From contig JBLNDL010000012.1 of assembly GCA_050261575.1 (NCBI GenBank), forward strand, positions 1 to 41,445: a stretch of 41,445 bases of DNA, written 5' to 3'. The stretch is from Sphingomonadaceae bacterium. Lineage in GTDB: Bacteria; Chloroflexota; UBA6077. The translations under genes and the position numbers were made by a program. Positions 17,428 to 26,069 of the stretch are shown in pieces. Positions within the stretch are counted from its first letter, which is position 1. Each line of letters begins with the position of its first letter. The notes beneath the pieces are model-generated. The model was not told the DNA's origin and searched no databases. It saw only the letters and a list, made by a program, of their open reading frames with translations.

Positions 17428-17634
17428 ATGGTGATAGATCGAAAGACTGTGACGGTTGAGGAGGCGGCTCGTGCTTTGGGCATCTCCAGGAATGGCGCCT
17501 ACAACGCAGCTAGGAGAGGCGAAATTCCCGCGATCCGCATCGGGAAGCGCTTCGTAGTGCCCAAGGCTGCCCTGGAGCGGCTTCTTGGCGCGCCCATCGG
17601 CGGCGGCGGCGACCGGCCAGGCGAGGCGGCGTAG
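17428..17634 (+). CDS. Excisionase-like HTH_17 protein
   Basis: TVEEAARALGISRNGAYNAARRGEIPAIRIGKRFVVP. AAGGAG RBS. Confidence 0.85.
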   Translation: MVIDRKTVTVEEAARALGISRNGAYNAARRGEIPAIRIGKRFVVPKAALERLLGAPIGGGGDRPGEAA

Positions 17635-17635
17635 G

Positions 17636-20185
17636 ATGGCGGCGCCGATCCCGCTCCCTGCCGTCGAGACGATCCCTGCGGAACTGCGTCAGTGTGCCCA
17701 GTGGGTGGCGTGGGACTTCAACGCCAAAGGCGACAAGGTTCCCATTAACTCCAGGACGGGGAAACTGGCGAGCGTGAGTGACCCCTCGACGTGGGGCAAC
17801 TTCGGGACGGCCTACCGCTATGCCCAGAAGCACAACTGCGGAATCGGGTTCGTCTTCACGGAGCAAGACCCCTACTGCGGCGTGGACCTGGACGATTGCC
17901 GCGATCCAGCGAGGGGGACCATGACGGTCGAGACCTGGGAACGCATCGCGGCGCTGGACAGCTACAGCGAGGTATCCCCGAGCGGTACCGGCGTCAAGAT
18001 CTTCCTGAAGGCCAAGCCCGACCGGAACTACAACGCAAGCGAGACGAGGGGCATTGAGGTCTACGCTTGGGGGCGGTTCTTCACGGTGACGGGCCAGCAT
18101 GTCCAGGGGACTCCTGACACCATCGAACAGCGCCAGGCCGAGGTTGACGCGTTGATTGCCGAGGTCTTCGGTTCCAACGGCCATACCGCCGCCCCGATCC
18201 CGGGCAAGATCCCCCAGGGGCAGCGGAACAGTACGCTCACAAGCCTTGCCGGCTCGTTGCGTCGGCGGGGGCTGAGTGAGGACGTGATCGAGCGGGCCCT
18301 GCTCGCGGTGAACGCGGCCCAGTGCGAGCCGCCTTTGGACGACAACGAGGTGAGGAAGATTGCCGGGAGCATTGGCCGCAAACTGGCTCCCGACCCCGCC
18401 GAGGGGGAGCTATCACGGGACTATGCCCACGCGGCGGTACTGGCCAAACTGTTCATGGACCGCTATCGGTGGGGTGCCGATCGCGGCTCCTGGATGACCT
18501 ACGACGGGCGGAGGTGGGTGCCAGCAACCGAGGAAGAGGTCACCAAGGAGGCGTCGGATGCCCTTCGGCGGGAGTATGCGGCGGCGTTGGCGGCTGCCAA
18601 GGACAAGGCCGCGATCCAGGAGCTTTCCAAGAAGGTCGCCGAGACCTGCGTCTTCGCAAGGATCCAGGGCGCGTTGAACTTCCTGAAGGGCTGGCCGGGC
18701 ATCCTAACGGCGCTCGACGAGCACAGGAGGAGCCCATGGGACCGCGACCCCTGGTTGCTGAACTGTGCCAATGGGACGCTGGATCTGCGGAACTGCACCC
18801 TGCGACCCCACGACCCCGCCGACCTGTGCACCAAGCTGGCGCCGGTGAACTACGACCCGAACGCCAGGAGCGAGCGTTGGGAAGCCCACCTGCGGACATG
18901 CCTTCCCGACCCCGAGGTGAGACGCGAGGTCCAGCGTAACGTGGGTGTCTCGCTGACTGGCGCCAACCTGGAGGAGGTCTTGCCCATCTGGCATGGCGCC
19001 GGCGGCAACGGCCGGAGCACCACGATACGAGCGATCCAGGGGTGTCTCGGGGACTACGCGCAGATGGCCGCCCCCAGGTTGCTGATTGCGGGGAAGTACG
19101 AACGGCACCCCGCCGAACTGGCCGATCTTTGCGGGGCCCGGGTTGTCTTCGCCGTGGAGATCGGCGCCACCGCGAGGCTCGATGAAGAGCGAGTCAAGAT
19201 GCTGACCGGCGGCGACACGATCAAGGGCCGCTTCATGGGGCAGAACTTCTTCGAATTCCCCCGAACCTGGACGATCACCTTGGTATGCAACCACCGCCCC
19301 ACCATTGCCGACAGCAGCCACGGCATGTGGCGGCGGGTGCGGCTGATCCCCTGGACCGCCACCGTCCCCAGGGGGCAACAACGACCCCAGGAAGAGGTGG
19401 TGCAGGAGCTCTTGGCTGATGCCCCCGCTATCCTCGCTTGGATGGTGGCGGGGCTCCGTGACTGGCAGGCCGACCACCGGTGGGTAGCCGGGGCCGTGTT
19501 GGCCGCAACCGACGAGTACCGGCGCGATCAGGACGTTCTCTCGGGGTTCCTCGCCGAATGCTGCAAGATGGGACCGCGATATGAGGTGGCGAAGGCCGAT
19601 GTGTACGACGCCTATACCAAGTGGTGCGCGACGAACGACGAAGCCCCTCTCTCCAAGCGGGAATTGACTATCAGGTTGCGAGATCGCGGCATTGGGGAGA
19701 AGAAGGCCGATAAGGGGGAGCGCCGCTACACCGGCTTTCGGCTGCTCACGGACGAGGAGAAGCAGCAGGTGGCACTAGGTGGCACATGTTCCAATAGCTC
19801 TCGCGAAAGCGAAAATTCTATAGAGGACCTGGAATCAGTGCCACCTAGTGCCACCTATCCCGAAAAGGCCGCCGAACAGCCGCCCGAGCCGCCTAACGGG
19901 CACGGAGACCCCCCGCCGGCGGGCATCCCGCAGATGATCACGCGGGCGATGGAGTCTCAACTCCGTGGCATGGGCTACTCGCAGCGACAGATCGACCGCC
20001 TCACCCCTCTTGGGGCGATGGCGATCCTTCGCGGTGACGGGCCGCCCGAGTGTGGCTGCCCGACCTGTGGCGGTACCGAGTACTGGTACCGTCCCCACCC
20101 GACGGGGATCGAGGGCACCTGGGAGTGCTCCGTGTGTGTGCCGAAGGATGCGGCCGCGCCGGAGCCGATGGAGGTGGAGCTATGA
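17636..20185 (+). CDS. Primase (AEP-like) + PriCT + D5_N + SF3 helicase, P4-family replication protein with C-terminal Zn finger
   Basis: GVDLDDC, YSEVSPSGTG, GQRNSTL, LLNCANGTLDL, Walker A GAGGNGRST, LTGGDTIKGR, WRRVRLIPW and C-terminal CPTC...WECSVC. Confidence 0.9.
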   Translation: MAAPIPLPAVETIPAELRQCAQWVAWDFNAKGDKVPINSRTGKLASVSDPSTWGNFGTAYRYAQKHNCGIGFVFTEQDPYCGVDLDDCRDPARGTMTVETWERIAALDSYSEVSPSGTGVKIFLKAKPDRNYNASETRGIEVYAWGRFFTVTGQHVQGTPDTIEQRQAEVDALIAEVFGSNGHTAAPIPGKIPQGQRNSTLTSLAGSLRRRGLSEDVIERALLAVNAAQCEPPLDDNEVRKIAGSIGRKLAPDPAEGELSRDYAHAAVLAKLFMDRYRWGADRGSWMTYDGRRWVPATEEEVTKEASDALRREYAAALAAAKDKAAIQELSKKVAETCVFARIQGALNFLKGWPGILTALDEHRRSPWDRDPWLLNCANGTLDLRNCTLRPHDPADLCTKLAPVNYDPNARSERWEAHLRTCLPDPEVRREVQRNVGVSLTGANLEEVLPIWHGAGGNGRSTTIRAIQGCLGDYAQMAAPRLLIAGKYERHPAELADLCGARVVFAVEIGATARLDEERVKMLTGGDTIKGRFMGQNFFEFPRTWTITLVCNHRPTIADSSHGMWRRVRLIPWTATVPRGQQRPQEEVVQELLADAPAILAWMVAGLRDWQADHRWVAGAVLAATDEYRRDQDVLSGFLAECCKMGPRYEVAKADVYDAYTKWCATNDEAPLSKRELTIRLRDRGIGEKKADKGERRYTGFRLLTDEEKQQVALGGTCSNSSRESENSIEDLESVPPSATYPEKAAEQPPEPPNGHGDPPPAGIPQMITRAMESQLRGMGYSQRQIDRLTPLGAMAILRGDGPPECGCPTCGGTEYWYRPHPTGIEGTWECSVCVPKDAAAPEPMEVEL
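19767..19856. repeat. Putative replication origin: inverted iteron pairs around an AT-richer core
   Basis: AGGTGGCACTAGGTGGCAC (19767-19785) and its exact reverse complement (19838-19856). Confidence 0.65.
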
Positions 20186-20652
20186 ACCCGACCGTGATCG
20201 AGTTGGTAGCCGACCTGTCGCGCCGTGGGCTGATCCTGGAGGTAGCCGGCAACAAGCTGAAGATTCGAGGGCCACGTCCTTTGCTCACACCCAACGTTCT
20301 GGAGGTTCTGCGTGAGCACAAGCCGGAGATCGTGCGGTTGCTCAGCCAGAAGGAGGGGACAGATGGACGCAACGCTGCTGTTGATGCTGCTGTGTCTGGC
20401 CCAGGCGCCCAGCCTGTGGCTCAGCCGCCCCAACCGCTAGATCCCGAGGTGGCGTGGCGCGTCGAGATCATGCGACCCCAGGTTCCCAGGACCGGCCCGA
20501 TCCCGTTCCTTGTGGCGCGAGACGTGGCGCCGCAGCCGGATTGCTGTCTCAGTTGCGGCGATCCGCTGCCCGAGGGGAGGCACTACCGGTGCGCGCCCTG
20601 CCAGCGGGCGGTGGAGATCGTTCTGAACGAAGTCAGAGAGGGGGTGAGATAG
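20182..20652 (+). CDS. Hypothetical protein, TubC_N-like N-terminus and C-terminal Zn finger
   Basis: LSRRGLILEV.GNKLKIRGP...LREHKPEI..LL and CLSC...CAPC. ATGA overlap with the primase stop. Confidence 0.65.
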   Translation: MNPTVIELVADLSRRGLILEVAGNKLKIRGPRPLLTPNVLEVLREHKPEIVRLLSQKEGTDGRNAAVDAAVSGPGAQPVAQPPQPLDPEVAWRVEIMRPQVPRTGPIPFLVARDVAPQPDCCLSCGDPLPEGRHYRCAPCQRAVEIVLNEVREGVR

Positions 20653-20858
20653 TGCCAAGAGACGGTGAGCTTCGCGAAGGGCTCCAGGCGATAGCGCATG
20701 CCATCAAGTTGCTCGGCAACGCCGACGCGGCCACCCCGATGGGCGGGCTGGAGGCGCTGGGGAAGGTGATCTTGGAGAGCAACGGGGCAATAGCTGACGC
20801 CATCAGCGAGCTGGCCGAGGCCGTCAACAATGTGGCCGACGCCATTGCTAATCGCTGA
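20652..20858 (+). CDS. Hypothetical small helical/coiled-coil protein
   Basis: GTG overlaps the previous stop, GAGGGG RBS, heptad-like AIADAISELAEAVNNVADAI. Confidence 0.55.
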   Translation: MPRDGELREGLQAIAHAIKLLGNADAATPMGGLEALGKVILESNGAIADAISELAEAVNNVADAIANR

Positions 20859-20902
20859 GAGGCGCCGGGTTAACACGGTGATAAGTGAAGGGAGAAAGCG
20901 AC

Positions 20903-21490
20903 ATGGCATTTCAGGACAAAGCGGCAGAAGTGGCCCGACTCCGGCGAGCATACGATGCCCGAGTGTCGGAGATTCGGGCAGACAAGACCCTTTCGGCGAT
21001 GGGCCAGCAGCAGTTAATCCGCAAGGCATTCGAGGAAACCAATGATGCCATTGCGAAGCTGCGCCGCGAGTATGAGGCCGAGCGGGAGCAAGAGCGGCGG
21101 GAGCTCCAGCGACGGGCGTTCGGCGTGCCCCACTTCAACCCGGCAACGCCAGCGGAGAGGGCACAGGTGGCCGAGGGCTACCGAGCGGCAATTGACCGCG
21201 CCGAGCGGGCCAAAGACCCCGCCCAAGCCTTGACCCTGTTGCAACGGTCCGACTGGACCGGCGACACGCACCTAGGGCGGGCCGTGGCCCTGGTGGCGGC
21301 TGAGAAGGGCTGGCATGGTGTTCTGACCGAGGCCGTGAACCTGGGCATGGCCGACCATGACGCGGTGAGCGAGCTTCAGGCGCACATCATGGGCGACTCG
21401 TCGCCGGCGAGGTTCAACCGGCGTGTTGCCCTGTCCGGCCCGATGCGCCCGCCAGAGCTAGACCGGCCATTACCACCGGAGGCGGCATAG
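20903..21490 (+). CDS. Hypothetical all-helical protein
   Basis: GGGAG RBS before ATG 20903, predicted coiled coil, abuts the terS-like gene. Confidence 0.65.
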   Translation: MAFQDKAAEVARLRRAYDARVSEIRADKTLSAMGQQQLIRKAFEETNDAIAKLRREYEAEREQERRELQRRAFGVPHFNPATPAERAQVAEGYRAAIDRAERAKDPAQALTLLQRSDWTGDTHLGRAVALVAAEKGWHGVLTEAVNLGMADHDAVSELQAHIMGDSSPARFNRRVALSGPMRPPELDRPLPPEAA

Positions 21491-21988
21491 GTGCCCAGGA
21501 CCTGCACGGTCTGCCAACACCCTCAGCGAGGGGACATAGAGGCGGCATTGCTGGCCCAGGGGTCGTTGCGGACCATAGCGGACCGATGGTCCGTTTCCAA
21601 GACGGCCCTGATACGCCATCGCGACGACCATCTGCCGGCGGCTCTGGTTCAGGCCAAGGCTGCCGGCGAGGTGGCCCGGGCGGATGACTTGCTGGGCCAG
21701 GTTCAGGGATTGCAGACCAAGGCGCTGGACCTGCTGCGGAAGGCTGAGGCGGACGGTGACTACAGGACGGCCCTAGCCGGCATTCGTGAGGCGCGCGGCT
21801 GCCTGGAGTTGCTGGCCGAGCTAACCCAGCAGCTTGACCGGCGGCCCCAGGTGAACATCCTTCTTGCCCCCGAGTGGCTGGCGGTGCGTTTCGCTCTGCT
21901 GGCGGCCCTGCACCCCTATCCCGAGGCTAGGGCGGCGGTGGCATCGCGGCTTCTTGAACTGGAGGCTGGCGATGGGCATGGCGCGTGA
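21491..21988 (+). CDS. Putative terminase small subunit (Zn-binding CxxC + HTH)
   Basis: MPRTCTVCQHP, HTH SLRTIADRWSVSKTALIRH and a helical C-terminal region. Lies directly upstream of the TerL ATPase. Confidence 0.6.
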   Translation: MPRTCTVCQHPQRGDIEAALLAQGSLRTIADRWSVSKTALIRHRDDHLPAALVQAKAAGEVARADDLLGQVQGLQTKALDLLRKAEADGDYRTALAGIREARGCLELLAELTQQLDRRPQVNILLAPEWLAVRFALLAALHPYPEARAAVASRLLELEAGDGHGA

Positions 21989-22730
21989 CCTGGCCCGGGC
22001 CTTGGACCCCGTGCTGCTGGCGAAGGACGTCGGTCTGGAGTGCGACCCGTGGCAGGCTGAGCTACTGCGCTCTTCGGACCCCAGGGTACTACTGAACTGC
22101 TGTCGACAGAGTGGCAAGAGCACGATGGCGGCAATCCTGGCCCTGCACACGGCGCTATACCGGCCCGGTAGCCTGGTGCTGCTGCTGAGCCCTGCCCTAC
22201 GGCAATCGCAGGAGCTTTTCCGTAAGGTGCTTGCGGTCTACCGGGCCCTGGCGCAAAGCGTGCCAGCGGAGACCGAGACGAAGCTAACTCTTGAGCTTGA
22301 GGGCGGTTCCCGCATCGTCTCTTTGCCTGGCAAGGAAAGCACCATCCGGGGTTTCTCAGCGGTGCGGCTGCTGATTGTAGACGAAGCGGCCCGGGTGCCC
22401 GATGAACTGTACTACTCGGTGCGCCCGATGCTGGCCGTTTCGGGCGGCCGTTTGGTGGCCGTGAGTACGCCCTTTGGAACCCGGGGCTGGTGGTACGAGG
22501 CGTGGCGGTCCGCTGACCCGTGGCTTCGGTTCGAGGTGCCAGCCACGGAATGCCCGCGCATCTCGGCTGCCTTCCTGGAGGAAGAACGGCGCAACCTGGG
22601 CCAGTGGTGGTATCGACAGGAGTTCTGCTGCGCGTTCTTGGATGCCGAGTCGGCGGCTTTCCGGTCTGAAGATATCGAAGCGGCATTCACAACGGAGGTT
22701 GAAACATGGGAGCTGTTAGCATCGGCGTAG
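21972..22730 (+). CDS. Terminase large subunit, ATPase domain only
   Basis: DPWQ adenine-binding motif, Walker A CRQSGKST, Walker B LLIVDEA, motif III VSTP and YRQEFCCAF. The ORF ends before the nuclease domain. Confidence 0.85.
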   Translation: MGMARDLARALDPVLLAKDVGLECDPWQAELLRSSDPRVLLNCCRQSGKSTMAAILALHTALYRPGSLVLLLSPALRQSQELFRKVLAVYRALAQSVPAETETKLTLELEGGSRIVSLPGKESTIRGFSAVRLLIVDEAARVPDELYYSVRPMLAVSGGRLVAVSTPFGTRGWWYEAWRSADPWLRFEVPATECPRISAAFLEEERRNLGQWWYRQEFCCAFLDAESAAFRSEDIEAAFTTEVETWELLASA

Positions 22731-23359
22731 ACATAGGCCAGCAGAGGGACCCCACGGCGTTAGCGGTGGTGGAGCGACAGGACCGCTCCCGCTGGGCGCT
22801 CCCGCGTAGTGAACGGGTGGTGGAGCCCCGCGATATTCGGCTGGTGAGCGACCCGGTTTACGTTGCCCGAGAGATAGGCCGGCTTTCCTTGGGAACACCA
22901 TACCCCGAGGTGGCAGAGGCAATCCGGAGGGTTGTGGACGGCATTCGCCTTCGGTACAAGGGCGCCTTGGAGGTACGCATAGACTCAACGGGCGTCGGTG
23001 CTCCGGTGGTAGACCTGGTGCGTGCTCAGGTGAAGGCGGTTCCCTACGTCGAGGTGCTGGCCGTGAGCTTCACCCACGGAGACCGTTTCGAGCGGAAGGG
23101 CAGCAAGGAGGCGACCTTGGGCAAGGCGTACCTGGTGAGCCGGCTCCAGGCACTGCTACAGACCCGCAGCCTGAAACTGCCGCGAACGTCTGAGACGGAG
23201 GCGCTGGAGCAGGAGCTTAAGACTTACGAGATAAAGGTGTCGGAGAACGGCAACGATACCTACGGCGCCTTCAGGGTGGGCACCCACGACGATCTGGTGA
23301 CAGCCCTGGGGTTGGCAGTGTTGCCCCTGGGCCCGAGCCGCCGGCTGGTGACGTTCTAA
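22706..23359 (+). CDS. Terminase large subunit, RNase H-like nuclease domain as a separate gene
   Basis: IGVDIG...DPTA, IDSTGVG and HDDLVTALGLA acidic triad. Has its own GGAGG RBS (22694-22698) and ATG. Confidence 0.8.
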   Translation: MGAVSIGVDIGQQRDPTALAVVERQDRSRWALPRSERVVEPRDIRLVSDPVYVAREIGRLSLGTPYPEVAEAIRRVVDGIRLRYKGALEVRIDSTGVGAPVVDLVRAQVKAVPYVEVLAVSFTHGDRFERKGSKEATLGKAYLVSRLQALLQTRSLKLPRTSETEALEQELKTYEIKVSENGNDTYGAFRVGTHDDLVTALGLAVLPLGPSRRLVTF

Positions 23360-23361
23360 TC

Positions 23362-23593
23362 ATGGCCGCCGTGCGCTGCCCCCAGTGTCGCAACACCTTG
23401 GGCGAGCTGGTAGCTGGCTGCTGGGTGATGCACCACGATGGGCGCGAGTTGGTGATGAGGGTCGATAGCCTGGTATCGGTGCGCTGTGAAAGATGCCATC
23501 TGGTGTGGACGGCGGACCGGAAGGGCATCGAGCATCTGCTGCAGGGGGACTGTGGGCATTCTGAGAGGCTGCTGCACGGCCGGCCGGCTAGTT
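23362..23593 (+). CDS. Small Com-like zinc-ribbon protein
   Basis: VRCPQC...VRCERC, starting 2 nt after the nuclease gene stop. Confidence 0.55.
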
Positions 23594-23816
23594 GACAGCG
23601 GTGGTACAATCAAGCTGTCCAGGGGTCGTTGAGGCAGGTTTGTTGATTCAACCGAATAGCCGCCGATAGTGGCCCGGGCATCTGCTCCGACCTGCCGCGA
23701 CCCCTGGACAAGGCGCGACTCTCGGGTAGATGCCCGGGCCAGTGTCGTTTCAAAGAGAACCGCCGACCCTGATGCAAGCAGGACCGGCGGCAGCAGCACA
23801 GGAAAGGAGTCTTCCT

Positions 23817-24524
23817 ATGCCACGGGACGATTCTACCACCTCCAGGCCCTGCGCGGCCCAACACCCCACGGACAGGCTGAAGCGACGTCCGCAGTTCAGG
23901 GAGAAGCCCGACTGGAAGCACGACGAGCTGGCCCGCAAGCTGGATGTTGCCGAGCTGATGAGCAGGCCGGCTGTTGTTCCGATCCGCGCCAGCTTCAGCA
24001 GGCCTGAACTCGACCCCTGGCCGACCTACTGGGGCCACAACGCTCGCCGTGGCCGCACGCTCTCATCGGCGGAATCCGTCGGGGATGCCTGGGCTACGAA
24101 GCAGCACATTGTCCCCTCTGCGAGACCTGCACCACCGACCTCTCGCGTACCCATCACTGGCGTAATGGTGCCGAAGGATCTGTCCGATATCACCCATCTC
24201 ATGGCTAAGGTGTTCCGCCACGAGGCCGGCGTTGCGGACCTCCAGCGATGGTACAAGCTCCTGGCGGAGATTCCGCACCTTCGGGAGATGTGGGAGAAGC
24301 TGGACAAGGAGCAGCAACCACCGAGACCGGGGAGGGACGGCACGACAACCGCTGGTCGGCCGCAGCCCGAAGGGTCTTCTCGATCAAGCCCGAAGGAACT
24401 CCGTGCGGCCGCCCTGGGCGCCATGCTCGGCCTCATGACGGATGAGACTTACCAGACATGGCGGGTTCTGTTGACCCAGAACCCAGAGCTGCGACGGTGC
24501 CTGCTGGAGAGCTTCGACATCTGA
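23817..24524 (+). CDS. Hypothetical protein (start uncertain)
   Basis: AAGGAG RBS before ATG 23817. The C-terminal half has two similar W..LL...P.LR helical segments. Confidence 0.45.
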   Translation: MPRDDSTTSRPCAAQHPTDRLKRRPQFREKPDWKHDELARKLDVAELMSRPAVVPIRASFSRPELDPWPTYWGHNARRGRTLSSAESVGDAWATKQHIVPSARPAPPTSRVPITGVMVPKDLSDITHLMAKVFRHEAGVADLQRWYKLLAEIPHLREMWEKLDKEQQPPRPGRDGTTTAGRPQPEGSSRSSPKELRAAALGAMLGLMTDETYQTWRVLLTQNPELRRCLLESFDI

Positions 24525-24605
24525 CCGGGGCTTGCGCTGATGGTTGGCGCCGGTGAACAGCCGCCAGCGCCCCTTAGACAAACAAGCCTACAAGGAGGTA
24601 CCACA

Positions 24606-24980
24606 ATGCCACATCCTCAATCGCCCCCGAACGATTGCGCGCTCGCCGACTGGCAAGCTCTTGAGGAGGTCATCACGAATGCCGAGCGGCTGCACCGCCA
24701 ATACCTTGAGGCCGTGCTGCTCGTTCAGCACGCCGCAGGTCGCTACGTTCGGAACGAACTCCGTCGTCTGCACCAGAAGCCACGTCAGGGTAGCAGCAAG
24801 CTCGCCTACCGGATCTCCGAGGTCGCCAAACTAACGGGCATCAGCGAGGCGAGCGTCGCCCGGGCAATCGAGCGGGGAGAACTACGGGCCGTGAAGCTAA
24901 ACAGCACCACCGACACGAGCGCACGGCTCATCCTGGCCGGAGACCTGGAGCGCTGGTTGTTGTCATTGCCAGAGCGGTAG
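24606..24980 (+). CDS. HTH_17/excisionase-like DNA-binding protein
   Basis: AYRISEVAKLTGISEASVARAIERGELRAVK...DLERWL. AAGGAGG RBS. Confidence 0.75.
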   Translation: MPHPQSPPNDCALADWQALEEVITNAERLHRQYLEAVLLVQHAAGRYVRNELRRLHQKPRQGSSKLAYRISEVAKLTGISEASVARAIERGELRAVKLNSTTDTSARLILAGDLERWLLSLPER

Positions 24981-25026
24981 GAGCAGAGCAACCGGCATCG
25001 GTGGGCAACTGCCGGCGGCCTCGCCC

Positions 25027-25761
25027 TTGCCTGCTCGTCAGCCCGAGGATGTGCAGCGGACGATGATGGGGCCGGCGAAGTGTGCCGCTTGGAAAGCCGG
25101 TGCTTTCGACCTGAGGGACCTGGTGGGGCGGACGCGGGACCCCAGATGGGGGACGATGCGCGCGGAGCGGAGCCTGAAGGACCTGCTGGGCGACAAGGCC
25201 GCTGAGTACCTGGACCCGGTGCGGCGGGAGGCAGCGATCAAGGCGGCGGCAACCAGGGCGGCATCTGGAGGTGGTGGGAGCGGGAAGGGCGGCAGGCCGA
25301 CTGTGACGGGTGGTGGCGCCGGTGGTCCAGGGAACAGCGAGTGGCGAAGGCAACTCCGGCTTGCACAATTGGAGAAGATGGAAGACTCGGCTTTCGTCAG
25401 CGAGGTGCGGGAGCACCAGGCGGCGACATGGGGTCAACAAGGTCTTTCGGGTCATTATCGGCGACACGCTGCTGATGTTGCGCGTTGGACTGGGCGAGAG
25501 ATAACGGAGCAGGAATACGCCGCGTTTGCCAAAGACATAATGGTTCGACCGGATAGGGTGTTTACCGGCCTGACAACGGAAGAGCATCTGGAGTACAGCT
25601 TCGTCCGATCTCGGGAAGACAGACGTGCTATAATGCTTACTGTCTCCAGGCGGGGACTTGTGAGAACCATGTACCCGACTCCTATTGAGCGTTGGTTGAA
25701 GCGACACCTTGAGCAGGTGGAGGTGACAGATCGTGTCAGAAGACTTGGCCTTGGCCTTTGA
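25027..25761 (+). CDS. Putative polymorphic toxin: C-terminal remnant of a MuF/SPP1-gp7-like minor head protein fused to a nuclease-like domain, probably 5'-truncated
   Basis: ARQPEDVQRTMMGPAK..AWK.GAFDL.DLV...WG....RSL resembles the distal part of MuF head proteins. A Gly-rich linker leads to LSGHYRRHA...ITEQEY..FA...RT, which resembles HxxxH RNase toxin domains. Confidence 0.5.
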   Translation: MPARQPEDVQRTMMGPAKCAAWKAGAFDLRDLVGRTRDPRWGTMRAERSLKDLLGDKAAEYLDPVRREAAIKAAATRAASGGGGSGKGGRPTVTGGGAGGPGNSEWRRQLRLAQLEKMEDSAFVSEVREHQAATWGQQGLSGHYRRHAADVARWTGREITEQEYAAFAKDIMVRPDRVFTGLTTEEHLEYSFVRSREDRRAIMLTVSRRGLVRTMYPTPIERWLKRHLEQVEVTDRVRRLGLGL

Positions 25762-26056
25762 TCTGTATTCCATCATGACGAGTAAGCTTCACCTGTACCA
25801 GGACTGGCTGGAGGTCGAGAATATCCTGCTCTGGCGAGACGAGATCGACGATGCTTTGCAGGCAGGCATGTCCTTGACGGATGAGCAGATGGCCACGCTG
25901 AGAAAGGCTGACGATCTCTTGTTGGCGCAGCGTGATCGACTGGTCCGAGAGTTCCCGCAGGCTTTCGAGAACACAGAGCATATTAGCGCTCGGCAGTGGT
26001 GGTGGCACCTGGACAAAGGTCCCCAGGTGCGCGAGGAAGCTGAGAGAGCTGCTTGA
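25733..26056 (+). CDS. Putative immunity protein
   Basis: Small, acidic and helical, with a WWWHLD motif. GGAGG RBS and overlap with the toxin 3' end. Confidence 0.5.
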   Translation: MSEDLALAFDLYSIMTSKLHLYQDWLEVENILLWRDEIDDALQAGMSLTDEQMATLRKADDLLLAQRDRLVREFPQAFENTEHISARQWWWHLDKGPQVREEAERAA

Positions 26057-26069
26057 AAGGAGCTGTCTG

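Noticed and set aside
22690..22735. Programmed frameshift or pseudogene explanation for the split terL
   Set aside because: No obvious slippery heptamer, the downstream ORF has its own strong RBS and ATG, and catalytic motifs are intact. Read validation is still needed.
23592..23610. TTGACA...TACAAT as a canonical -35/-10 pair
   Set aside because: The spacer is only 7 bp. At most an extended -10 promoter.
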